The position numbers were made by a program, and so were the translations under genes. 64,000 bases of DNA from Utricularia gibba (Eukaryota; Plantae; Magnoliophyta), in assembly GCA_002189035.1 (NCBI GenBank), contig NEEC01000011.1, forward strand, positions 2,480,001 through 2,544,000. Direction: 5' to 3'. Below, one piece after another: positions 24,332 to 38,046 of the stretch; position 1 is the first letter of the stretch; each line of letters opens with the position of its first letter. The notes under the pieces were generated by a model. The model made no database searches and was not told where the DNA came from. It saw nothing but the letters and a program-made list of their open reading frames with translations.

Positions 24332-25752
24332 ATGATCACCGGAGTAGAGCTCTACAAGGTGATCTCCTCCATGGTGCCGCTCTACGTCGCCATGGCGTTG
24401 GGCTACGCCGCCGTGAAGTGGTGGAGGATGTTCAACGGGAGCCAATGCGATGCCATAAACCGGTTCAATTGCTATTTCTTGATGCCCTTCTTGACCTTAC
24501 AAATCGCCTCCGATGTAAACCCCAGCAAAATGAACTTGGGCTTCCTCCTCGGGGACGTCGTCTCCAAGGCTGCGGTGGGGGCTGCGCTCGTTGCCTGGAT
24601 CGCTTTATGCAGGAATCGGGACGCCGGAAAGTTCTCTTGGGCGATCACAAGCTTCACGCTTTCGTGCTTTAACAACAGCCTTGTGGTGGGTGTGCCCTTG
24701 CTGAGTGCCATGTATGGATTCTCAGGGCAGGATTTGGCCATTCAATCTTTGGTACTTCAGTTCCTCCTCTGGGTTCCGATTCTGTTGTTTCTGTACGAGT
24801 TCCGAGATGCGTATTCGATAGACAGAAGTTCCGGCGAGCATGCCGACGAATGGAAGCACCCCAAACCTCCAAATACGCTAGATGAGAGTGAGCAAGCTGC
24901 ACAGCAGCAACAAGGTAATCAAAAGAGTGCTTCCATCCTTACCGTTCGCGAATCCGGGGGAACTGCTCCACCCTCCATCGATCTTCAATCAACCTTGAAA
25001 AAGGTGGCCGGAAAGCTAGCTACAAACCCTAACACCTACGCTTGCGCTATTGGCCTGGTATGGGCTGCCATAGCCACAAGGTACACAGTACAATGATTCC
25101 ATGACAACATCTTCCACACCTAACCAATCTACACTCGTTAATCAACAGATGGAGCATCACCACTCCGGCAGTCGTCGTCGGGTCTGTTCGGATACTGGGT
25201 AATGCCGGAAGTGGAGTAAGCATGTTCACAATCGGTATGAGAGTGGAGCCTTATTCTTCTAGAACAAAATACGCCATCTCACACTGGGATTTGAGAAATG
25301 CAGGTCTGTTCATGGGGTTGCAAAGGAAAATTGTCGCCTGTGGGTTTCGATTAGCCTTCTACGGGATGTTTCTTCGTTTCGTGATCGGGCCTCTCACGAT
25401 GGGCATCGGAGCTCTTGCTTGTGGGCTGAGGTCCGACGCTCTCCGGATCGCGATCCTCCAAGTAAGTGGTTGAGAACTCGAGTGTGTTTCTGCGAGTTGA
25501 TCTGATCCCAGAACTTGCAGGCCGCTCTACCACAAGCTTCTTCCAGCTTCGTCTTTGCGAAGGAATACAACGTCCACGCCGACGTCGTCAGCGCTTCGTA
25601 AGTTCCGAGCAGGACTCCACGAGGAAGATGGATTCTTATCAGCCGAAACTTGACTCCCTGTTTGTTCAACTTTCAGGATAGCATTTGGCATGATTGTTTC
25701 TCTCCCTCTTCTCATCGGATACTACGTCGTCTTCAACGCTGCGCACATCTGA
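24332..25752 (+). CDS. PIN5: Short-loop PIN auxin efflux carrier, PIN5-type, 5 exons
   Basis: MITGVELYKVISSMVPLYVAMALGY, QCDAINRF, NNSLVVGVPLL, NPNTY and AALPQ motifs. Exons 24332-25080, 25149-25234, 25304-25461, 25521-25597, 25677-25752. Confidence 0.88.
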
Positions 25753-26082
25753 GAAGACGCCTGTAATAATCTAAACCTTGTCTTAGGCTGGAGCCACTAA
25801 ACAGTACCCATCTCTCTAGAAACTTCTGGAGCTTTTCTTTTCTTTTTTTAATCATATAATATGATGTAGAATTTTAATTATATTTAAAAAAAAATTTATT
25901 GCAATCTTAATTTTATTATTTATTTTAAACATTTTATTAATATAATAATAAAATATATTTATTAAAATAATTTTAATCATAAAGCAGCAAATCTTCCCAT
26001 AAAGCCGATCTACAATTGATTCTATAAGGAAACTTGCGATGCAATCCAATGGAACACGCACATATACACATGTTGATCCAAA

Positions 26083-26553
26083 TCAACTCAACGCCGCGAA
26101 GCCGCCGTGCTTCATCATCTGCTGGAACTCGTCGAAATTAACGCGGCCGTCTCCGTCGACGTCGACTTTCATGATCATCCGCCTGCAGTCCTCAAGCGTC
26201 CTGCCCTGCTTCAATCCGAGAGACGCGAGCACGTTCCAGAGTTCATCCACCGTTATGAATCCATCGCCGTTTTGATCGAACACCTTGAATGCCTCGCGCA
26301 TGTCCTCCTCCTCGTCCCCCCTGTCGTCGCCCTCCATTATCGCGGTGTATAACGCGCCGAACTCCTCGACGTCGACGTATCCGTCGCCGTTTGCATCGAT
26401 TTTGTCGATCATTATCTTGAGCTCCTTGTCTGGAATGTGGATCCCTAGCTTCTCCAGCGATTCGCTGAGCTCTTTACGGCTGATTTTGCCGTCGCCGTTC
26501 CGATCGAACATCGAGAACACTCGCCGGAGCTCCGATGCGGCCATTTTCGACAT
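26083..26553 (-). CDS. CML: Intronless calmodulin-like protein with four EF-hands (CML3/5/7-like)
   Basis: EF loops [48 protein letters not shown]. The start may be 26553 or 26544. Confidence 0.93.
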   Translation of the reverse strand: MSKMAASELRRVFSMFDRNGDGKISRKELSESLEKLGIHIPDKELKIMIDKIDANGDGYVDVEEFGALYTAIMEGDDRGDEEEDMREAFKVFDQNGDGFITVDELWNVLASLGLKQGRTLEDCRRMIMKVDVDGDGRVNFDEFQQMMKHGGFAALS

Positions 26554-26919
26554 CGATGCGGCGTCGAAGAAAGACGAGATGATGATCTTTGAAACTCAGG
26601 GTGCTGGAGAATCCACGACCAAACAACTTCGAGAATCAATCTTGGGGAGAAACTGGTGGAAGGGAAGGTACGGTGTTGATCCCAAGGTGTTCGACGAAAA
26701 TCCCAAATGACTTCCGTAGTGCGTGTAATGTCTGGAAATGCTATTATGCAGAGGATGGAGGAGCCCAAAGCGGAGCAAAACAAGGGAAGCCCACTCACAA
26801 TATTAGTAATAAATAAATATTTAATATGATCTCAAATGCGTTGGCGTCTGTTCCCTACTCGCCGTCCCGCGCGTGGCTCCAAAATTCAGGGCCTATTGGG
26901 TCATCGAAGTTGGTCCTAT

Positions 26920-26967
26920 TGGGCTTTTGATGTTCTGGGCCACATGGGCCATTGCAGTTATTGGGCC
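26920..26967. promoter_or_regulatory. Site II element cluster (4 x TGGGCY) upstream of CML
   Basis: TGGGCT 26920; TGGGCC 26936, 26945, 26962. Confidence 0.45.
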
Positions 26968-27647
26968 ATAGTCTTGGCATGACAAATTTAACTAGAGGTG
27001 CAGGCACAACATCCACAACTCTGCCCCACAAAGCCTTTAAGTTGCACAGTTTGCCATTTTGTTTTCTTTAAAGTTGACAAAGAAAAAACAATAGATATTC
27101 CATTCAAGTGATTGTAACATAACACCAATTCATCTAAGACCACTTTACCAACCTCATCACATTAAAAACACAAACCACAATAGATTAAAGTTCGGTATAT
27201 GAATCAAATTCGATTTCATACCGAAATTTGTTACACATACCTCAAAATACAGTATATCAAACCTCGATATGAAAAAATATTCTAATTAGTTCAAGAGTGC
27301 ATTGGACAAGTGAGTTTTCCCAAATTGGATCTTCAATCAATTCTTCTATAGTTCATGTATCTAATCCTATCATATGAAGGATGCATATGGTACGATAGTT
27401 TACTTAATTACATATTTAAATAATAAAAACATATTATAGAGTAATCATTGAAATTGTATTTGATACTTAGTTTTTATACACATGTATTTAAAATACTATT
27501 TTATTAAGAATACGCACATACATAATTATCAACATACGCGTATTTGGAGTTATCAATAAGGCTACCAAATACGATTTCACTACCCGATTTTCAGTAATTT
27601 TCACCATGCAATATATTTATTTATTATTACAGAGGCAGGTGGTACCT

Positions 27648-28034
27648 TTAGCAATACGATCCCGTGGCGGAGCAATCGAGGATCTTCTTCATGATATCGA
27701 CTTGCGCTTTCAGACACTTTGTGTAATGAGCAGCTTCCTCCAGCAACTTCATGTGACTCATTTCCTTTCCGCCGGGAACCAGGCGCCTCAGACGGATGCT
27801 TGAATTGCTTCTAGGGTTCCGGTTTGCGGTTATCCGCTGGCGGTATCCGAGCAACGCCCTGCTCCATGCCCTCCCCGGGCCGGCAGTACACGCCATGGAA
27901 GTGTACGCTGCAGCTCTTATTGCGCGGCATCGCTCCGCCGCGGAGAGCGGGCTACGAGAGATCCGGCGAACGGCCTGGAGGAAGCGTGAGGCGAGACGGA
28001 GTTGGATGGAGCTAGGGTTTTTGCTGAGCTCCAT
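27648..28034 (-). CDS. IBH1: Atypical non-DNA-binding bHLH, IBH1-like
   Basis: RFLQAVRRI, IRAAAYTSMA, AWSRALL and LRRLVPGG..M....LLEEAAHY..CL..QV motifs; TATATAAA at ~28079-28086 on the minus strand. Confidence 0.85.
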   Translation of the reverse strand: MELSKNPSSIQLRLASRFLQAVRRISRSPLSAAERCRAIRAAAYTSMACTAGPGRAWSRALLGYRQRITANRNPRSNSSIRLRRLVPGGKEMSHMKLLEEAAHYTKCLKAQVDIMKKILDCSATGSYC

Positions 28035-29296
28035 GGATGTTGATCCAAGAAGTAGACCAACAGAGAGAGGGGGTGCATTTATATAGTTTACATTTCCCTA
28101 GAATCAGCCAATGCAGTCATCCTATTAGAAAATAGACCCTGGAATCCCACTACAAGGCAACCATATTTTATCTTTACCATTTCAATGATCATGCCATCCT
28201 ATTATGACATAGTGGGGAAAGGGATGCTGGGAATTAGCAAAGGAATGAGATTAGAGAGGAAGATTAGTGGGTGATGAGAGCAAGATGTGTCCTGATCACC
28301 CATCATGGTGGAGCGGTTGTGTGGGGTCTGATGAAGCCCCAACTACCATATGACTGCACGTGCCACATGGCTCCTCGGTGCCCATTGAACTCTCATTGCG
28401 CAGTACCTTGTGAGTGAAAGTTACAGAACGGGAACGAATGTGCTTACCACCCCATCACCCATTATTGTGGGTAGCCTCGTTCCTGTAAGAATGAAGCTAA
28501 GGAAAGTTACCCCAAAACCTCTGTTCATACCATCTGTGAAGCTTGGGTAGCTTGGTGTTGTGATCAAATTGCTCATGTTGGAGTCTTCTGGCGGCTGGGG
28601 TCAGAGAATGGAATGGGTCGAGCCAGGCAGCCAGCCAGGGGTGGAGTCTTGGCTCATGCGCAAGGCCATGTGCGCAAGTAACATTCACAAAGGGTGTTAC
28701 TGTTCATGGCCATCGATCCAGCGCCTCCTCCACATGGCAGCCCTTTGGGGGGTCTTAATCTGCTCATCCAACACCTCAGTGCCTTGTATTCATTAACAAG
28801 GGGATTGATAGCAGTAGCCTCACTTTTCATTATTTATGCAGCACCTTAGTCATCTCGCCCATGGTTGCAGCCTGCAGGAGCAAGCGAGTAACACAAGAGA
28901 TTAAGCAAATATAGAAACACAAAGCACACGAGAGACCAACATTTTGATATCAAACCAGACTATTCAGATGAAATATATATATCAATCAAATGCACGATAC
29001 TAGACCATATCCTGTGCAATGTTTGGGACTTCAGCCAAGTAACAATGATGTTTTCCATACAAAACAAGGCAAATTTCACGGTTGCAGTTTAGTCATGCCG
29101 TCAACATGGAACCAGGTTCGTTCAGGAGTGGAGTGAAGGCGCAATGATTACATATGTGTAGGTAAATGAGGCACTCGCCACTCAGAACCATGGAATTGAT
29201 GGGTTGTTCACGAAATTTGAACAGGGCGGCCACAGGGGAAAACTGAGCATACCCTGATTCAGGCTGTGACGTCGTCATATGCAAGCGGGCCCTCTT

Positions 29297-30952
<1,656 letters not shown>

Positions 30953-31684
30953 GGCGGAAATCTCGAACGTGAGGACGCTTTTAGCGATGTGATTTACGCA
31001 TGGAATGGAGTATGGAGAAGGGAGTTCAAGAAATAGAAATATCTGATAAAATAATAAAATATATAATAATCGCGGGAACGGAAATGAGACAACCTACATG
31101 CAATGACCAAAATACCCTCGGTAGCCTGCATTATCATAAATTATATATTTTATTCTAGATTTTTTTAAAAAAAAAAGAAAAAAACACAATTATAGCATTT
31201 AAAGCGTAGATGTTACTTTCACTAGCTTCAGAAAATGCAATCAGAAGTTCCGGTCAAAGAACACGAATCAAACTTTGCCTACGCAACAAGATCTGGCCTT
31301 TTGCTGAGCTGGCCTCTTTCCAACTCCTCATGGTGTACGGTCATTCATTTTTTTTATTTTTTTTTTTTTATTTTTTATTTTTTCATTTTTTTAAGAAATA
31401 AGTCTATCGGAAAATAGAAAATTATTGTTATTATTATTATTTTTATTGAAGTGAAAGGGGATGGAGTTCAAAGGGGATGCCGGAAATAGTTGACTGGATA
31501 ACTGAAAATCCCCATGATCTACAGTATTAGTCATTAATGGAAGGGTTTGCTTTTTCAATGTTCAATTGATTGCGTTGAGGAGTAATGGTGTGGTGTGGCC
31601 TGCTCCCCCTTCTTTATATACCGATATGGTGTTGTTATCTTGTGACGGAGGAAGCTTTTCTTCACGATTCACGTAACAGGGAAG

Positions 31685-32834
31685 ATGGTGAAGATGATGG
31701 GGAGGAGGCTTACGCTTCTGATAATCAACTGTCTTATCCTCATCCTCGGCGCCTGCGGCGGCCCGCTGATTATGCGTCTGTACTTTATCCATGGCGGGGG
31801 GAGTGTCTGGTTTTCGAGCTGGCTCGAGACTGCGGGGTTTCCGGTGCTCATCATCCCTCTGGTTTTTCAGTATCTGGCGCGGCGGTCCCAGGAGGCGCGC
31901 CCAAGGCTGTTCCTGATGAACGTCCGGGTGCTGATCGGGTCGTTGGTGATCGGGATATTGACCGGAGTAGACGACTACTTATACGCCTACGGCATGGCGA
32001 AGCTGCCGGTGTCGACGTCGTCGCTGGTGACCGCAACGCAACTAGGGTTTGTTGCGGTGTTTGCGTTTTTCATAGTGAGACAGAAGTTCACGGCGTACTC
32101 GATCAACGCCGTGGTGCTTTTGATGATCGGCGCCGGGGTGCTGGCCATCAACAGCAGCGGAGACCGCCCCGCCGGGGAGTCGAAATCGGGTTACATAGTC
32201 GGCTTCATCATGACCCTCGGGGCTTCTATTCTGTACGCGCTGGTCCTCGTCTTGGTGGAGCTGGTGTATCATATGGCAAAGCAAGAGATCAGCTACACTC
32301 TGGTCATCGAATTTCAGCTCGTGATGGGCTTCGTATCCACCGTCTTCTGCACCTTCGGCTTGATCCCGAACCACGGCTTCCAGGTAACCCTTCAAACCAG
32401 AACGAGTAAAAATGGCAACTTTTCTTCCTGGTTTTCAAATATCAACTTTCTTTTGACAGCAATTATCAAGTGAGCGAGCAAATTACACACTAGGGAGCGG
32501 AATTTACTACCTGGTGGTGGTGATGAATGCTGTGCTGTGGCAATTCTTCTTCCTGGGAGTCGTCGGAGTTATCAACTACTCGTCGTCGCTGCTGTCCGGA
32601 ATCATCATCACCTTGGCGCTTCCGCTGAACGAAGTTCTGGGAGTCGTATTCTACGGCGAGAAGTTCTCAGCGTCAAAGGGCGTGTCCCTCATCCTCGCTC
32701 TGTGGGGCTTCGTTTCGTACTTCTACGGCGAGTATAAGAAGAGCAGGAAGGCGAAGAACGCCGCACGCAAGGAAGAAGAAGCGCAGGTTCATGGAATGGA
32801 GTTACCTCCTCAGCAACCTGCACTTAATGCTTAG
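31685..32834 (+). CDS. PUP: Purine permease (PUP1/PUP3/NUP1-like), tandem copy 1
   Basis: INCLILILGACGGPLIMRLYF, WFSSWLETAGFP and LPVSTSSLVTATQL motifs; intron 32384-32459; TATA-like TTTATATA at ~31613. Confidence 0.93.
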
Positions 32835-34353
32835 TTGATGATGTAGGGATGATTTTGAAGTGTTTATTATTTAATAGTTATGTTTGATAATAAGTTTTAA
32901 ATTAAATTAATATTTAATTTAAAATTGATTTATGACAAATTTCCATGAATTTTATTATATTGGTATTAAACCTAGATCAACTCCATTGATTATTAGTTTC
33001 GGATTCAAAAATTCTTAATTTTAATAAATTTCCGAAGACACTTGATATAGGAATATTGGCCATTTTAAAAAATTAACCATTTTGTCTTTTTCTTTATCAC
33101 ATGCTGAAATCAATTTTTTACACATAGGATGTTTATTTTTCTAACACATGGTTACTTTTCTAATATATCCTATTAATATCCCTATGAATGATAACCTATG
33201 TAGCTTAACTTTTTCGCCTCTGAATGGCTACAAGGGGAAAGAGGAAATCTGAACACGCCCATCGGGTAGACGATTGAAATATCTTGTGATCCACACCTAC
33301 ACGTGTATGCACTCTAGTTTGTTTGTTGTTATTGTATGCTTGTTCGATCTATCGAATTCTTAATTTTTAATACGATCTGCACTTGATCTTTCTGAAACCA
33401 CAAGACAGCAATGATCTCCATAACTATTTTTGAATACAATACTATATTATATTGTAACAAATTGATTTCGTTTTCAGAATAACTATTAATTATTTGAATA
33501 AAAACGATTGTAAAAGAAAAGAAAATTGTTGCTGATTTTGATCTATTATTTTTAATTCTTTACACTTCAATTATTGAGTTGATGTGAGATATGATCATTT
33601 TTGGTTCTGAGTGAAAAGGTGACCCTTGTACCCAATCCATGATGTTGTCTTTGAGATCGGCCCATGTAACTGCTTAAAAGCTACTCATGAATTCATGTCA
33701 CGGTCCTAAATCAATTTAAAACTCCCCAATGTAATTTTTCTTTAAAATAAAATTTATAGCATTTAAAGCATAGATATTTTTATTGATTATACCAATCACA
33801 ATATGTTATTTATAAAAGTGACCATTGTGTCACTTTAATAACACATATAAAATGATCATTTTTTCACACAATTTTTTATTATCATTTTTCTAATTAAGCC
33901 CAATCACACTTTGCCTATGCCCAACAAGCTCTGACCTTTTGGCGAGCTCGTTTCTTTCCAACTGTTGACAGTGTACGGTCGTTCGTTTTTTTTTTTTTTT
34001 TGATGAAGTGAAGGTGCATGTTGATATGTTACTGTAAAGATTTGACTTGATAACTGAAAATCCCCTTGATCTACAGCATTAGTCATTATTACATTGGTTT
34101 GGTTTTCAATGTTCAATTGATTGCCTTGAGGGAGTAATCATGTGGTGTGGCTCCCCCACTTCCCCAGTTTATAAATCTTGCCATTCTAACACTCTTACAC
34201 ACCACACATTCTGTAATAAAAAAATTACAGTGACAATAGTGACAGGGCGGCGAGATTTCTAAATACCCCATCGTTTCGTTCTTTATATGACCCACATGGT
34301 ACTGTTATCGTGTGACGAACGAAGCGTTTCTTCACGATTCATGTAACTGGGAA

Positions 34354-35499
34354 ATGGGGAAGATGATGGGGAGTAGGCTTACGCTTCTGATAATCAACTG
34401 TCTTATCCTCATCCTCGGCGGCTGCGGCGGCCCGATGGTCATGCGTCTTTACTTCATCCACGGCGGGGGGAATGTCTGGTTTTCGAGCTGGCTCGAGACT
34501 GCGGGGTTTCCGGTGCTCATCATCCCTCTGGTTTTTCAGTATCTGGCGCGGCGGTCGCAGGAGGCGCGGCCAAGGCTGTTTCTGATGAACTTCCGGGTGC
34601 TGATAGGGTCGGTGGTGATCGGGGTATTGACTGGAGTAGACGACTACTTATACGCCTACGGCATGGCGAAGCTGCCGGTGTCGACGTCATCGCTGGTGAT
34701 CGCAACGCGGCTAGGGTTTGTTGCCGTGTTTGCGTTTTTCATAGTGAGACAGAAGTTCACGGCCTACTCCATCAACTCGGTGGTGCTTTTGATGATCGCC
34801 GCCGGGGTGCTGGCCATCAACAGCAGCGGAGACCTCCCCGCCGGGGAGTCCAAATCGAGTTACGCAGTCGGCTTCTTCATGACCCTCGGGGCTTCAATTC
34901 TGTATGCGGTGGTCCTCGTCTTGGTGGAGCTGGTGTATCAGATGGCAAAGCAAGAGATCAACTACACTCTTGTTATCGAGTTTCAGGTCGTGATGTGCCT
35001 CGCAGCCACCCTCTTCTGCACCTTCGGCTTGATCCCCAACAACGGCTTCCAGGTAACTCTTAATAGCAGAACCAGTAAAAATGGCAGCTTTTTTTTCCAG
35101 GTTTTCAAATATCGATCAAATTTCATTTGATAGAAACTATCAAATGAGCGTGCAAATTACACACTAGGGAGCGCAACGTACTACTTCGTGGTGGTGATAA
35201 ATGCTGTGCTGTGGCAATTCTTCTTCCTGGGAGTCGTCGGAGTAATCAACTACTCGTCGTCGATGCTGTCCGGAATCATCATCACCTTGGCAATTCCGAT
35301 GAACGAAGTTCTGGGAGTCGTATTCTACGGCGAGAAGTTCTCCGCGTCGAAGGGCGTGTCCCTCATCCTCGCTCTCTGGGGCTTCGTGTCGTACTTCTAC
35401 GGCGAGTACAAGAAGAGCAGGAAGGCGAAGAACGCCGCACGCAAGGAAGAAGAAGCGCAGGTTCGTGGAGTTGAGTTACCTCCTCGTCAACCTGCATGA
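34354..35499 (+). CDS. PUP: Purine permease, tandem copy 2
   Basis: Same motifs; intron 35053-35133; flanks are homologous to those of copies 1 and 3. Confidence 0.92.
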
Positions 35500-36751
35500 T
35501 GAATTTGAAGGGTTTATTATTTAATAGTTATGTTTGATAATAAGTTTTAAATAAAATTAATATTTAATTTAAAATTGATTTATAATAAATTAAAACTTAA
35601 TATGTATGTATTTTATTTTACTGGTATTCAAACAATACATTTATATTATTAAATTTGAATAATATATGCATTTGCTCAAAAAATATACTAATAATTATTT
35701 TTATATAAAAATAAAAAATAATGGATTCACGTAATACAATCTCTAAGAGATTAAAACGACTATTAGTTTCGGATCCAAAAATTCTTAATTTTAATAAATT
35801 TCCGATGGCTACAAGGGGCAAAGAGGAAATCTGAACACGCCATCCAACTGCTTCCTAACCACAAACACTCTAATTTGTTTCTTGTTTTTGTGTATTTTTC
35901 CAATCTATAGGATATTTAATTTCTATAAAGCTAACACCAACTAACCTTGCACTTATCCGACAGCGCCTTTCCTCGTTGATATGTCTGAAACGACAAGCCA
36001 GCAATGGCCTCCGTAACTCTTTTTGAATATAATACTATTTTATATTGTAACAAATTGATTTCATTTTTAGAATAACTATTAATTTTTTGAATAAAAACGA
36101 TTACAAAAAGAAAAAAACATTGTGTTGATTGCGTAAGATTATGATCTATATTTTTTAATTCTTTACACCTTAATTATTGAGTTGATGTGAGGTATGATCA
36201 TTTTTTGTTCTGAGTGAAAAGGCGACCCTTGTACCTGCTTCTCTATCTTGTATCAATAAAAGCTACTCATGAATTCGCGTCACGGTCCTAAAACAATTTA
36301 AAATTCCCAAATGGATTTTTTTAAAAAAAAATTTATAGCATAGATATTTTTCTTGATTACACCAATCAAAGTGATCAATGTCATTTTATGTTTCACATAT
36401 ATATGATGATTATTTTTTTCACACATTTTTCTAATTAATTCCAATCACACTTTGCCTATGCACCTAAAAGTGTACGGTTGTTCGTTTTTTTTCTTTTGAT
36501 GAAGTGAAAGTGGATGTTGATGTTACTGATGGAGTTCAAGGATGTTGCTGGAAAGATTTGACTTCATTGCTGAAAATCCCCTTGATCTACAGCATTAGTC
36601 ATTTATTGCATTGGATTGCTTTTCAATGTTTAATTGATTGCGTTGAGGGAGTAATCATGTGGTGTGGCTCGCCCTCTTCTTTATATGACCGACATGGTGT
36701 TGTTATCTTGTGACGGAGGAAGCTTTTCTTCACGATTCAGGTAACTGGGAG

Positions 36752-37888
36752 ATGGTGAAGATGATGGGGAGGAGGCTTACGCTTCTGATAATCAACTGTC
36801 TTACCCTCATCCTCGGCAGCTGCGGCGGCCCGATGGTCATGCGTCTGTACTACGTCCACGGCGGGAAGAGCATCTGGTTTTCGAGCTGGCTGGAGTCTGC
36901 GGGGTTTCCGGTGCTCATCATCCCTCTGGTTTTTCAGTATCTCCGGCGGCGTTCCCAGGAGGCGCGCCCAAGACTGGTCCTGATGAACACCCGGGTGCTG
37001 ATCGGGTCCGCGGTGATCGGAATATTGACCGGAGTAGATGATTACCTCTACGCCTACGGTATAGCGAAGCTGCCGGTGTCGACGGCGTCGCTAGTGGTGG
37101 CCTCGCAACTAGGGTTCGTCGCCCTGTTTGCGTTCTTCATAGTGGGACAGAAGTTCACGGCCTACTCCATCAACTCGGTGGTGCTTTTGATGATGGGGGC
37201 CGGGGCGCTGGCCATCAACAGCAACGGCGACCGCCCCGCCGGGGAGTCCAAATCGAGCTACATAGCCGGCTTCTTCATGACCCTCGGAGCTGCTATTCTG
37301 TATGGGCTAATCCTCGTCTTGGTGGAGCTGGTGTATCAGAAGGCAAAGCAAGAGATCACCTACACTCTGATTCTTGAGTTTCAGCTCGTGATGTGCTTCG
37401 TAGCCACCGTCTTCTGCACCTTCGGCTTGATCCCCAACAGCGGCTTCCAGGTAACTACTTTTACAAGAACGAGTAACTTTATGCAACAACGAAAGCTATT
37501 CAATAACTTTCTTTCACAGAAATTGTCAAGAGAGCCTGCAAATTACTCACTAGGGAGAGTAACCTACTACGCGGTGGCGGCGCTGAATGCTCTGTTCTGG
37601 CAACTTTTCTTCCTGGGAATCGTCGGAGTGATCAACTACTCATCGTCGCTGCTCTCCGGAATCATCCTCGCGTTGACCCATGCGGTGAATCAAGTTCTGG
37701 GCGTCCTATTCTTTCGCGACAAATTCACGCCGTCGAAGGGTTTATCCCTCATGCTCGTTTTGTGGGGTTTCGCGTCGTACTTCTATGGCGATTACAAGCA
37801 GAGCAGGAAGGCAAAGAACGCCGCCCACCGGGAAGAAGTCCTGGTTTCTCGAGCCGAGTTATCTCCTCCACCGGCGATGAATGCCTAG
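36752..37888 (+). CDS. PUP: Purine permease, tandem copy 3 (most divergent)
   Basis: Same motifs; 69-nt in-frame intron 37451-37519. Confidence 0.92.
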   Translation: MVKMMGRRLTLLIINCLTLILGSCGGPMVMRLYYVHGGKSIWFSSWLESAGFPVLIIPLVFQYLRRRSQEARPRLVLMNTRVLIGSAVIGILTGVDDYLYAYGIAKLPVSTASLVVASQLGFVALFAFFIVGQKFTAYSINSVVLLMMGAGALAINSNGDRPAGESKSSYIAGFFMTLGAAILYGLILVLVELVYQKAKQEITYTLILEFQLVMCFVATVFCTFGLIPNSGFQVTTFTRTSNFMQQRKLFNNFLSQKLSREPANYSLGRVTYYAVAALNALFWQLFFLGIVGVINYSSSLLSGIILALTHAVNQVLGVLFFRDKFTPSKGLSLMLVLWGFASYFYGDYKQSRKAKNAAHREEVLVSRAELSPPPAMNA

Positions 37889-38046
37889 GGTTTCAGTGAT
37901 CATGTAACCTATGTTTTCAATTCGGGTCGGTTAACCTAAATGGGTTAACCGGTTTGCGATGAGTGTACCCCGATTTTGTCTGCAATTCTATTTAACAATA
38001 TTAAAATTAATATTACATTTAACCAAATTCGATTTTTTGAACTAAA

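Noticed and set aside
27190-27270. Imperfect inverted repeat TTCGGTAT...ATACCGAA, similar to a tract near 17460-17490 (MITE remnant?)
   Set aside because: Too short and degenerate to define termini or a TSD by eye.
28620-28629. GAGCCAGGCA match to the miR160 target site
   Set aside because: Only 10 nt match; no hairpin or ARF context.
31585-31684. Conserved EAFLHDS-encoding segment upstream of all three PUP ATGs
   Set aside because: It lies just after the TATA box, uses GTG starts and is out of frame in copy 1, so it is a duplicated 5'UTR rather than coding sequence.
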